A stretch of DNA of 64,000 nucleotides from Phoronis australis (GCA_002633005.1 NMRA01000799.1:77660-141659); one strand, 5' to 3'. Shown: positions 23,201 to 34,300, counted from the stretch's first letter. Made by a program: numbers and translations. Notes: generated from the sequence alone by a model not told the origin.

Positions 23201-26200
23201 GTGTGTGTGTTTGTGTGTGTGTATATTTATTTATTTATTTATTTATTTAATAACTAGGACTCCGGCCCTTGTTACAATCAAATCATCAAATACAATAAAG
23301 GTAAGTGTCAAACATTAGAAGTAAACCGAGTTCTTCTTCGCTTGAATGCGAAATGAACTTATTTACATGTTTACCATATAAGATATTCTTCCTCCATAGT
23401 CATGAGTCTGTTGAATTTTGTAACATTGGGATTGTTGTAGCTCCATGCAGGCATATATCGTTTCCTAAGGCCATCGTAGAACGGGCATTCGATAACAAAA
23501 TGATGCTCTGACTCGACATATCTCCTAACACAGAGAGAGCATAACCTTTCTGTTCTGTTAAGTTTCAAGTGTCAACCCTTTTCAATCATTAGTGCATGCG
23601 CCGAACATCTTAATTTGACCATATCAGATCAAACATTTACATTGTCAATTACATATAGATAGTTTTCAAACCATATATTTAACTTAAGGGTTCTGTAAGT
23701 TTCCAGCTTAATCGAATTGTTCAAAATATCTTATCATTTTTGCTGATCAATATCTTTGCATCTTTGTTTAAAAAGTGACATGAAGCTTGTCTCAGAACCT
23801 ACACCCTGACTTATACCATGCTTCTCCAAAACGAAACTGAAATAGCAATTTCTTAACATCATTAATCCAGCACGGTTTATTAACATTCTCCGTCATATTG
23901 TACATGTAGGACATTAAACGCAGAAATAACAATTAAGTCAATGACTTGTTGGAGACCTGTATTGTTGCTTCAAATTTTACCATACAAGTTTCATTTCATT
24001 TCTCGTTTGGAATTCTAGGTTTTGTGCCACCCTACTGTTTTATGGTCTTTCGTTTAATACTTCGAACTTGACCGGTGGTCCATACGCTAACTTTGCCATA
24101 TCCGGCGCAGTAGAGATACCAGCACTTTTCTGCACCTACGTGATGTTGAAAAGTCGACTGGGCAGACGTGGTACCACTTTTCTTACCGTCATGGCGTCAG
24201 CTGCGTTCCTGCTAGCCACCGTGCCCATTCCCGAAGGTAATGATAGCGGTGGCGGCGCAAGCAGAGGACGGCAATACTCTTGGTGGTTTTGTTAAGAATG
24301 GTGGATGGTTATGGTAGTGGCGATGGTGGTGGTGGCGGTGTGACGTGGTGGCGGTGTGACGTGGTGGCGGCTTGCGTAGTGGCCGCGTGACATAGTGGCG
24401 GCGTGACGTGGTGGCGGTGATGCTGGTGGACGGTGTGCTGGTGCTGGGTGGTTTACGGCATGCTCAACATAGCGGCGGTAGTCGCTGCAGAAAACTGAGT
24501 TGAGGTGAAGTTAACTCCGTTTTTCCTCATGAAAAAATAAATAAAGGATCACTGGAGGTCGCTTTTCAACCGCCGCGCTACGCTGACTGTTTTTACCTTG
24601 AATGTTCAATATTTTGTGACCACAACATATCTTTCATCATCCAATTGCAAAATGCCTTTTCATGAGCAAACAAGTTCAGTTAGATGAGAGGGTTCTTTTC
24701 ATACTTGCAGAGTTTGGATGGCTAGTAACTTCCTTGGCAATGCTTGGAAAGTTCAGCAGCACTTCGTTCTTTGCTGTTATCTACATCTACACGCCAGAAA
24801 TGTATCCGACTCCGTTCAGGGCAGTTGCCACCAGTACGATTTCGACTTTTGGAAGAATTGGTGTCATTGCTGCTCCCTACATCGCTATCACGGTAAGAAT
24901 CGTATCTCTTTAGTAACTGAGCTTCAGCCCAAGCAACAATGAAGAGGCGGTTTTGACCAATTTTTTAAACTTTTAAAAAGGATTGGGTTCTCCAAAAGAA
25001 ATGCCTCAGCTATTTTTTGAAAGAACCCTGCTTTCATTATACACCACGGCCAAAACAAGTTTTGCTAACATTCTTAACTAAGTTATCAACAGAAAGAATG
25101 GACCTTTCTTTCATCTTCTACCTTTCACGTGGTGGTGGTTTATCGATACGTTGTTATAATATTGGTAACTACTCAGCGCCATAATAATTTTAAAGATTGC
25201 TGTATATCAAGGTCAGGGGGAGTGGAGCAGGTGTAGAATTCACTTTTTCGTTTGTTAGCGTCACTCAATGAAAGTCTAAGATTTCAAAGTCAGCTCATAT
25301 GTAAACAAAGACATTGTATTAATCGACTGTACGATTTCTTGTCACTAAACCATTCTCAAGGCAATTGTTCACAATGTTCCAGTCAAGTAAAACACAGATA
25401 GAGAAATGGAGAAACGTCTCCACAGGTACACGTTGAAATGCATTGTGAAGGGAGAGACCAGAAATCAAAACAAATGAAACAACGCTTCTATTCAGATAGC
25501 GCTCATCGTGATTCAGTCGTATGTGCGTAGATTCCTTTAAGAGGAGGCTGACGTTGGCGCCTTGTATAAAAACATCTGAACACCAGAGTCATGGCATGGC
25601 CAGTGAAGTTCGTACTCGTATTTTGGCCAAAAACCTTTGGGATTAGTCAAAGACTTCTTATGCAAAAAGTGTACTGATCGTATGGATTGCACCTGGTACG
25701 TAACATCAACTTACCGTTTTCCATACTTACAGGGAAAGATATACTTCCGGGAACTTCCGTTGATGATTTTTGGATTGGTATCACTAGCTGTGGCCGGGAC
25801 AATATTCTTACTTCCTGAAACGGGATCCACTTCACTGCCGGATACGTTAGACGACTTCAAGAATCTAAAAAAACACAGAATATCGTGCAGTCGGTAAGCG
25901 GCGTGAAATTCTATTATGTAATTTGCTCGAAGGCGATTGGGGTAAACGTTTAGCAACACTTGTCACGTATTGTTTGTTTTGGAACTGTTTACCATGTATT
26001 ATAGTTACGCAGAGCATAAATGACCAACTTGAACCAATATTTTTTTTCCATTCTTCGAAACATCAGTGATGCCGTTTTCCAACTTCTCTTAGTACAGCAA
26101 CTACTGGAGTACTCTCTTTAACTCCGAGAAAAAATCGGAAAAACTTGTTTTGGACCATTCTAGTATCTTTTGCTTCATAAAAACCTCAAACTTCCCAAAC

Positions 26201-26979
26201 TTTCTGGCAGAAGCTGAGTATCAAAAATTTTACAAAGATCTTAGGTAATTCATTGTTTCGGAGCCTGGCGAGAAAGATTTTTCTGAGTAGCGAACCATGT
26301 GCATCCAGGAATACAAACAGACACTAAATACTTATAGTCTGAAACGACTTCAATCGGCTTTCTTTCTTCATTTTTCATGTTTTGCCAAAATCCCACCTTT
26401 CGGACACACCATGACTTTACTTTTGTTGATGATCACCCACAGTTTGTTTTCGTGGCACTGTAGACTTCTGCGGAATATCCACCGTAGGTGACCCGGTTAC
26501 TTGGATTGTTACGAAAAAATTGCTATCCACTTTCCAGTATACCATGGTATTGCATTGATTATGATTTTAGTGTGACGGCACCCTCTCCCACAAACATTTT
26601 GCAAAGAACCCCGAGGATGCTGGCTGATCACGTGGTCTTACCTCGTGAATGATTACTCATACTAATTGGGCTGCCGCTCCGTAGACCAAAAAGAATCAAA
26701 AAAGAAAAGCTAACGTCAGAGGTCGCATGCGATATTTCGGAATGCAGACCTATCCAGTTTCTTGCATTTACAGCAACGATATCTATGAGCGTATGTCGAT
26801 ACAATTCAGAATCGTAGTTACTATGCAGGTTTTGAAAGGCATCACCATTTTCATGTGTACGATAAAGATGGCTGAACTTGCGTTCGTCTAGTTTCAGAAA
26901 AAACACAAGGGAAGAATGCGACGCAAAGGAGTTACAAACTTTTGAGGTCACCGAGGATCATTTGAAAGCGAAAGTTTAG
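8377..26979 (+). CDS. SLC22: SLC22-family organic ion transporter, gene 1 (10 coding exons, 1749 nt, 582 aa)
   Basis: Exons 8377-8814, 12887-12990, 17219-17373, 20943-21114, 22013-22166, 22862-22944, 24019-24236, 24711-24892, 25733-25893, 26898-26979. All introns are GT-AG and the joined frame is open. Family motifs: GGFGKFQ, four loop-1 Cys (YWC, SKC, C..W.YD, WDLVC), GMLSDRFGRK, PESPRWL, EIPA, LGRR, EMYPT..R, LPET. The symbol is family-level only. Confidence 0.93.
10468..10605 (+). repeat. 46-bp minisatellite x3 in gene 1 intron 1
   Basis: GTTCATTTTGGCCACCCTTGTAAGGTCCCCAGCTGTCACATCCAGA at 10468, 10514 and 10560. Confidence 0.92.
11012..12160 (-). mobile_element. pogo/Tigger-like (Tc1/mariner) transposase relic
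   Basis: Minus strand LPIEEKGDLVEY and WYNSFMRRHPGLSLRTPEAMS (CENP-B-type HTH) at ~11500-11760. The block is absent from gene 2 intron 1 (~35088). Ends approximate. Confidence 0.65.
12887..12990 (+). CDS. SLC22 gene 1 exon 2
   Basis: ttacag|WDLVC...GMLSDR|gtaatt; 104 nt, same size as in gene 2. Confidence 0.93.
13554..16823 (+). mobile_element. Academ-type DNA transposon, decayed
   Basis: ATA|TAGTCC...GGACTA|ATA; empty site with a single ATA in gene 2 (~36440). Long imperfect TIRs built from sub-repeats. Internal relics HELLGCNTVACYYGVGKG, PKL..TTEA, LDPEDYG, LAP..IIRCSCK at ~15390-15855. Confidence 0.75.
17219..17373 (+). CDS. SLC22 gene 1 exon 3
   Basis: ttgcag|FGRKR...SAFVLG|gtaagt; 155 nt. 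Confidence 0.93.
18075..18166 (+). repeat. (TACATA)n then (TA)n microsatellite
   Basis: Seen directly. Confidence 0.97.
19015..19133. repeat. Imperfect inverted repeat (~46-bp arms)
   Basis: ATACTACTGCGATAACCTATCTCGAATTCATTTCATCTGGAAATGT / ACATTCCCAGATGAAATGAATTCTTGATAGCTTATGGCAGTAGTAT, flanking CGAGACCGAAGGTCGAG. Confidence 0.85.
20943..21114 (+). CDS. SLC22 gene 1 exon 4
   Basis: tttcag|LELVGVRYRSVAG...IRDWATLQL...LYAW|gtttgt; 172 nt; absent from the ORF track. Confidence 0.9.
22013..22166 (+). CDS. SLC22 gene 1 exon 5
   Basis: tgtcag|LTPESPRWLL...EQKQV|gtgagc; the same donor is present in gene 2. Confidence 0.88.
22862..22944 (+). CDS. SLC22 gene 1 exon 6
   Basis: tttcag|SNRPTTLLISLVKSRTMILFTIVNAMLW|gtatgt; 83 nt. 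Confidence 0.87.
23086..23317. repeat. Inverted duplication of the LINE 3' tail with a (TA)n/(TG)n spacer
   Basis: 23086-23170 is the reverse complement of ~23233-23317 with about 2 mismatches. Confidence 0.9.
23225..23900 (-). mobile_element. 5'-truncated LINE (RTEX/CR1-like 3' end) in gene 1 intron 6
   Basis: Minus strand LRCSAHALMIEKG...RTERLCSLC...ESEHHFVIECPFYDGLRKRY with an (AATA)n tail. Intron 6 is 1074 nt here versus 208 nt in gene 2. Confidence 0.8.
24019..24236 (+). CDS. SLC22 gene 1 exon 7
   Basis: ttctag|FCATLLFYGLSF...AVEIPA...LGRR...PIPE|gtaatg; 218 nt. Confidence 0.92.
24297..24440 (+). repeat. G-rich 16-bp tandem repeat (GGTGGCGGTGTGACGT) in gene 1 intron 7
   Basis: Seen directly; paralog at 44514-44710. 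Confidence 0.85.
24711..24892 (+). CDS. SLC22 gene 1 exon 8
   Basis: ttgcag|FGWLV...LGKF...EMYPTPFR...GRIG...YIAIT|gtaaga; 182 nt. Confidence 0.93.
25733..25893 (+). CDS. SLC22 gene 1 exon 9
   Basis: ttacag|GKIYFRELPLMIFG...LLPETGSTSLPDTLDD...CSR|gtaagc; 161 nt. Confidence 0.92.
26060..26460 (-). mobile_element. LINE reverse-transcriptase relic in gene 1 last intron
   Basis: Homologous to 52430-52790; reads KSKVMVCPKGGILAKHEK...DYKYL on the minus strand. Confidence 0.65.
26898..26979 (+). CDS. SLC22 gene 1 terminal exon 10
   Basis: tttcag|A+KNTREECDAKELQTFEVTEDHLKAKV-TAG; phase fits exon 9; acceptor, frame and stop position are conserved at 53225 and 56830. Confidence 0.72.
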
Positions 26980-27656
26980 TCTTCTGTGTTAGTTTTATGA
27001 CTGAAAGGGGTCTTTTAAAACTAATAATAGTATCAAACATTAACACATTGCTTTCCCTTCAATGAGCGTGTTGGCTGAAGTTCGACTTGTCTACCTCCGA
27101 CATGTTGCAGTCAGCCGGTGTATCATAGAATTTTGATTCCTTAAAGATTGACCTCAAATATAATTTTCAACGTCGAAAAGTGACCCCTATGCTCATCTTC
27201 AGGTCAAAGTTCAACGCTACACTAGCTGTCTGCAACTACATGGTAGTCGTAGCAGATGTCAAACGCGACAAAAGATAGTTCAGTCAGTTAACATGCAGAT
27301 TTCAATCAATCTCATCATATGGTGTATTTGATAACTGTAAAAGTATACATCGACGACTAGCCTATAGCAGTGCCCGATTATGCAATAACGGGACTAGTAG
27401 CTCTAGTCGAAGTGCGGACCTCTTACTCAAATGCTTATACGACGATACTCTCAAAGCAAAAGCAAATACGAGTATCTTCGCTGTTGATAGAGCAAGAAAT
27501 TAAGACGTATTCTACATTATGAGACATTATGAATCTACTGTGGAGCGCTATACTGTAGCTGTTGATTGGATTGGATCATTTTAGCACAATTCAGACACCG
27601 CAAATCACGGGCCATATGCTTGTTCCAGTTATAATATCAAGGATTGCACTTTGTCA

Positions 27657-27713
27657 AATAAATGCATTTTGCAAATTTTTTTCCCTGCTCTGTATCTTAA
27701 CAACTCCAATAAA
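27657..27713 (+). terminator. Candidate polyadenylation signals of gene 1 (two AATAAA)
   Basis: AATAAA at 27657 and 27708; both kept at 53917/53968 and 57588/57639; no transcript evidence. Confidence 0.4.
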
Positions 27714-28499
27714 TCTGTAAAGTCAATGAATTCCTGGTTTCTTGACGAGTGTCTGTGACTTTTGGCGGCCAGCGTTTTTGTGTGCATTCCTACTTTTTGA
27801 ACAGCACTACGACACCTGCAATTTTTGAACATCGCTAACTCAGTGGTTGCCTTGGACCATTGACTGTACACATATTGAAAATGGGAGGGCCCCTAACAAA
27901 CGTTTCAAATCGGAAACGCATCCCAAAAGCCGTAGGCGTGGAAACATGATATTACTGCCTCTGTGAAAAACTCTGTGAGTTCGCCTTCGGCCCAAAAATC
28001 GCGGAGATGTTTGAAATACGTTTCCTATTCCTTTGCCCTAGAAACTATTGCGGACAAAAGGTTCTAAAAATATCTAGGTCTTAGAGATTGTCTGGGAAAC
28101 GTTGTCCGTCACCTGTGTTCTACCTACACGACAAATGAAAACAGTGTCGTCTGCTTGGCAATCATGGTTGGCACCAACAGTAGTTTATGTGGAAATAGTT
28201 AAATCAGCACTTGGATCTCGAGTTTCAGGAAAAATCATGTTTGTCACATCAAAGAAATAAGGACAAGAAGCTTTAAGAATTGCTATTTAATTATTCAAAA
28301 TTCAAGTGTTTGAAGGTTCATTGTGTCGCTTTTGTCAGCGGTGAACGTCGTCTACGACCTATCAGCACGAAGCAGGGATATCACCTCGCCAAGTCTCAAA
28401 CGGCTAGACCGATCAGTGCCATCTCGAGGCTTGAGACGAGGCTGCCACTTCAAAATCTTTGGCGCATGCGCGCATATATATCATTAGGTGCAGACAATT

Positions 28500-29030
28500 T
28501 GAAAACTGGATTGGGATGGAAGACTTTATGTCGTCGGTCAGGTGAAGGAACTACGGCGCAAGACAACTGTAGACGCACGAGCGTGCTACCTGTAAAGGGC
28601 GAACATTCGTAACACCATGGATCTGAATTGCGGGACAAAGAAAACGATGAAACCGATTCTGGTAATCCTTAGAAATTGGTGAAACATCTTTGTAGAGCCG
28701 GCATCTTCTCACAGAATACAGTAGCGCTCGCTGCGGTTAACATGGAAAAACATTTCGTACCTACTCTCCAGAAAATTTCCAACACCCAAACAAACTTGGG
28801 CCCTGGGTGGCGACTTGGAGTTATTGGCAGGCTCAGTACTCTTCAAGATCGATGTACAGGTGAAGCAGATCGCCGTTTTACCCGTTGGATCGGTCATTGG
28901 TTCCACAGTTATTGAGGCGCCCTTGATGTTGGGAAGTGATCATCAGACATTTGTGTATACATGTAGGTACATGTATATGAAAATTGGCGAAATGGTCCTG
29001 TTAAAACCAAGTACCTCTGGTAGATAACCC
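28500..29030 (-). mobile_element. Gypsy relic, integrase C-terminal part (paralogous position, upstream of gene 2)
   Basis: Shares the GGATTGGGATGGAAGACTTT junction with 6698 and 60764; minus strand GDLLHLYID...KFSGE*VRN..VNRSERYC resembles a Gypsy pol C-terminus. Confidence 0.55.
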
Positions 29031-30959
29031 GGTGAAGCGTGGACGACTGTTCAACCTATAAACTACAACCAAAGTGTACGAAGAATAGGAGACTTCAACT
29101 CCGCCATCTTGCCATTCGCCGCAATGGTTATCGGTCGAAAAAGCGGCAAACAAGCAACACAAATTTAGCGGCGGAGTCCGAACCATGTCAACACTGATAA
29201 ATTCATATTTTAATGATGTTCGACGTGCAATAAAATTACTGTGTAATTGACAATGGGTTTAATATGTAAACTAACATCCACTTATCCAATTAATTGATAT
29301 TAAAGTGTATTTGCTTTCTTTCTCTTGAAGCTCCCGTCAAACGTCATCATGGTTGTGTTTCATGTTTGAGTTCTTAATACGGCAAATTACCGTTCCTCAT
29401 AACATTGCATCCATCGATGGACTACATAATTTTAGTGATTGCTCTTAAGTGTTCGGGGGGGGGTTGCCAACAGGTGCCAGCAATGAGGTAAAAGGGAGGA
29501 GTGCAAACCAGGTGGGCACCAAATGGATGTTAACCCCCTCCTAGGGGGGTACATGAGAGGGGTGTTAAACAGGTAAAAACCAATGGGGTATGCCACATGA
29601 GTGTTGAACCTCTCCCTGTCTCCCATCGTCACACATTTTGGTTTTCCCCTGACCATTGACAACAGGTGCAGAGGTAGTGATAAGATTTAGCCGCCTCGTT
29701 TTGAGCATGACCCCCAATGACTCTTGCTTGTAATGACTGGTAGCCATCATGCCCCAGTGTCCTGGGTGTTTTCCAACTTTTCATTAGAAAGTGCTCCCAG
29801 CTCAGTGCGCGTTTCTTGTCCACCCAACCATTTTGAATGTGTTCCCTATTGAATACGCCAGGCTGCTACCAGTGCAGACAATTGTAACTCATGCGTCACC
29901 GGCAGCATGTCATGTTTGGAACTCTCGGTGCGCTCGCTCTCAGTTGAAATAGATCCAAGAAGTGCACACCTGTTGCATGCCTGCGAAGCCGAAACCAATG
30001 GGCGGATTTTTGCCAATTGCCCTGGACTGTTGTGAATGACTTCAGCAAAGAATTATTAGAGCGTTCTCCTGTACAGTGACTTTACTAGACATAGAGCGGT
30101 TGTGAGCTAACTTTCTTGTTAACTGCCAAGCACTTTCTTTTGCCAGGTATGGCAATAGGCAGGCTAATTATCTACCAGGCTTATTACCGACCACGTGTGA
30201 ATGAACACAGTGAAACCAAGTGCGAATTCGCATGTTCGGAAAGAATTGATTGTTAACTTCGGTAGTAGATTTTGGTGATTCAAAAACTAAACATGATCAG
30301 GATTTGACCAGGAATTCAGAAATGCTATTGGATTGAATTCAAGTATGTTATAGCTAAATTTTATTTTTAACAGCACGACCCAGTCAGTCTAGATACGATC
30401 TTATTAGAGAGCTGGCCCTGCAACCATAAATGCCAGAATGGAGTTAATCATTCGTGTGAGATATTGGATACAGGGGTAATCCTTGCAACTTGCTGTTGGG
30501 CTATACAATCGAACAAGTTGGGCTCAGAGGGAAAACGCCGTAATGATTGCACAATATTACGACCCATAGGCTAGACCTAGTGGAGTCAGGGGGTCTATTG
30601 AGAGGATGTACGGACAATTGCCGTCAACCTTCTGTACATAATCAGTAGTCTCATATGCTTTGACAGGTACAGCTAATTAAATTTAACCGTGCCCATAACG
30701 CCAACAATACAATGCCTTTGAAGGGTCAGCGTAGCATTAGAGGCAACTAGTTCAAATCTAACCGGATTCTATTGGTTAATCAAGCGGTACACTACATGTA
30801 GGTTATAGTATGCTTTGACTATGTTCGTACGTATTGCATTGTGCAATCAAGTCTTCCCATTGAAGTGGGTAGTCAGGCGAAACATTCTAGCTGTTCAAAA
30901 GTGACGTTGAAATTTTTCATCAACCAACTTGCAACAATAGTCAACCTGGACCACGTGAA

Positions 30960-31385
30960 ATGAATGTCGAGGAGTTTTTCGAAGTAACTGGGGGATTTGG
31001 AAAATTCCAAAAACTACATTACAGCTTGCTGTCGCTATGTGGACTTCTAGGCGCATTTTCTACGATGCCTTACGTCTTTCTAACTGCCATCCCTGAATAC
31101 TGGTGCGCTCCGCCGGTAGATTTCCTGAATCTATCTCGGGCTGAACGAAAAGCTCTAACTTTACCAGTAGAGAGTTCGAACGAATACAGCAAATGTACGA
31201 TGTTCGACTGGACTGGGGTGAATGAAACCAGCAGTTGGAATGCCACAGTTTTCAAGCGCAGTCAACACTTGTCTACGCGGAATCAGACTTTGGGATATTC
31301 GTTAAATGTCTCGTCGCTACCAGTTAAAACGTGTTCATCGTGGGAATACGATAGATCGCAGTATGCCAGTACTGTTGTCATGCAG
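30960..31385 (+). CDS. SLC22 gene 2 exon 1
   Basis: ATG at 30960; ...STVVMQ|gtaagg; 142 codons. Confidence 0.93.
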
Positions 31386-34300
31386 GTAAGGTCGAGTGCA
31401 CGAGCGTGCGCAAGTGCAGGCACGTCGGTATCATTACTTACGACGCCACAGCGCAACTATATTCAGTCTTTGCTTTAATGCGAATAGATTATTCTGCATC
31501 TGTTCACTTACTTTATGTCATGGTACTGGGTTATTTGTTGTCAACGATAATTAGAGCTTGACATTTCGTCAAGATTTTAGCGATCCAGTGGTATTTTATT
31601 TTCACATAATGCAGCAAACCTTGATGAAAATCAGCTAGTTGAGCGCAAACTTTATTGCCCTAAGTTGATTGACCTCTACTATTCCGAATCTAATGCATCG
31701 TGTGTGACTTATTGTCCAGCTTAGCATAAGATAACTGACTTTCAGAGAGCTACTTTCTAAAGTCAAGAGGTCATTCCCACCTGTAGCCATTATGGTGAAA
31801 CAATTAACTTGCATACTATAAAGGGTAGAGAATTGTTATTATTTCTAGTGAACAACATCACCACGAAGCATCTGTTTTTAGTCAAATTTTCTGCAAAATT
31901 CCACAACTGTTCTCAAAAAGTACATGTTTTCTGAAAATAAAGAGACTGTAGAATTTAATTTTCTACTCAACACAATTCTGGCTTCACATGAACATGTTTT
32001 CTTTTACTAAAATTTAGCAAAGAAACAATGTTACAGGAAAGATAAAGCATTATCAGCATGGCCAAATTTCATTTCACATAAATATTCATGAACAGATCTC
32101 AAAATCAGTTTTCAAAATGCCCTTTTTTATTTTATGCGGTTTTTAAGATGAAAACCGATATGTTCTGGAAAACCAGTAATTAGAGCCTCAATTTTCATGC
32201 GCGCACCCAGTCTTCAAAATGGGGGGCTCGAATTCCTGACGTTATGGACCTTTTGCTAACAAAAGAGCGGGCGGACTAAAAAAAAACGGGCGCCCCAGTG
32301 TGAATTGCGCTTTTGCGCTTATTTACTGGACTTTTGTCCCATTTCCTCTGACATTTTGTCTCTCAGAGGCGGACCTTTTTGCCCACTTCGCCAAATGGGG
32401 GGATCGTTCGAGCCCCCCGAGCCCCTCCCCCCGGATGCGCGCATGATTTTGACGGTATCTTATTCAAAAACAAGCCCGTGTAGTCGGGAGAACAACCTCG
32501 TCAGCATAGACTCTGTTTCATATGAGCCTGATAAGCATAAAGTAAGACATTGACCTTTAACCTGGAGGCAAAGGTTAAATGTTAATATCGAAACTAAGTA
32601 GAGCATGAACAGTTAAACCATGAATGGGCAAATTTGGATTTAAAATTCACAGCTTAAATTCGAAGTGATGTGACATTCGATTGCTAATCACAAAGGAAAG
32701 ACCCGAGGTTTTTAGCTTTAAAATATTTTATTTAAATAAACTTTTTAAAAGCATTAGCATTTCTTGAGCAAAGTTGAGGCTGAGAGTCAGAGCATCACTT
32801 TCCAAATTACTGTGAAGACAGGATATACTCGAAGTAATAAAAATTTTATGTTAGTTAAAATACCTTCTTAATATCGACATAGACAAAAGCAAAAAAGCGA
32901 GGATCCCCAGGCTGTATAAGGTGCCGAACCTGTCAAAGATGACCAGGTACCAAAATGCACAGTTTCAAACAGCATAAAAATAAGATTTTTATTAGGGCTG
33001 CTATGTAGTTAGTAACTACTGTGTATCACACTATGTACTGCAGGAAGAACTTCATACGGAAGCTTGCTTGTCTAAATAAACATATAATATCTACAAAAAT
33101 ACTACAAAGCACAACTATACAAATGGCATCTACAGTCTCTCTGGAATAACAACACCGCAAATATTATACAAAATATACAACACCAAGTACACAAATCAGG
33201 CAAGCTATACTTCGTCTGCAAAATATGATTGCCAGCAAGAAGACATAGGTCACTACCATGTCGAATTTGTTCAACGAATATTCTATAGTAAACAAAAGAG
33301 GACAAAGCACTTGTGCCTGCGACGTCAGGAAACGATGGACACATCTACTCAGTATATGAATTTAAGCTCAGTGCTCTTGTTCCATGAAAGTTTAAGTATA
33401 GAAACGTTCCAATGTTGGCCTGATGTTATGAGCACTATTCAACAAGTTAATGTGTAACTATTGAAGAGTCAAATCATAGGCAAGCCTTATGCTCTATAAG
33501 TCAAGAAGCACTTCAAATGAGTTCGAACTATTATGATCAGAGGGTGTTTTCAGGATGAAATTTTAGGTTTGTTAGGTAACGAAATGAAAAGTTCTAAGAT
33601 TTTGGAATCGTAAATTAATAATCTTCTACACTGACCACTCAGTGGCCTATATCTACACTGTATATTCGAGGTGTCGGCCAAAACTCACTTAAAACGTGTC
33701 GCAATAAACAGCGAATTGCCGATTACATACAAACTGCAACCTGGAAAGATTCCGCCAAAAACTCAGAAAGACCTCCCCAAAAATGGGCTGGCTCATACCT
33801 TCTATGTACCACAAAAATCAATTCCATATGATTCAATACATGCCACTGACCATTCAGTGGCCATGACAGGCAGACACTCTGTGTTGTGCCCGTCAGAAAT
33901 CCCACATTCTGGCTGGGCTGGGCTATTCAAAACCTATAGCGGGTAATTGACAATTGTCTTCCCAGCCAGGACCGTAAACTCAAGCCAGTTGGGACTAACT
34001 AAGAACAGGGCTTACAAAGTACTACTCTCAATGACCTTGTAGGAGCATGTAGTCCTTGTTAATAAACAAATCACTTTCAAAATGACTATTGTGTGTGACT
34101 AAAATCGATGGCTTACTAACATCCGTAAAATTCGAAGCCACTATGTCGACTACGCTTCCCTGCTCTAAGACCAAAATGCAAAAACTTCGGAATGCTGTTG
34201 AAAAAACATTTAGACGACGAAATGTCATTAAAAATACACACATTCTCGATTAAGGACTCTGCATTTTAGTTCACTCCTTATATTAACACGCGGGGACGTT

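Noticed and set aside
26675-26890. Upstream AG acceptors (ccgtag, tttacag) as the start of exon 10
   Set aside because: Their frames end at different stops in the paralogs; only the 26898 acceptor gives a conserved peptide and stop.
26628-26951. Conserved antisense ORF (also 52970-53278) as a new gene
   Set aside because: Non-ATG start, overlaps the terminal exon, and its similarity is explained by the segmental duplication; no domain recognised.
29780-30000. DIRS tyrosine-recombinase relic
   Set aside because: Only a faint resemblance (SLAYSIG...GW...STF); the catalytic H-x-x-R could not be placed.
31386-31478. ORF extensions past the exon 1 donors (also 8815-8823, 62692-62859)
   Set aside because: Read-through into intron 1; not conserved among paralogs.
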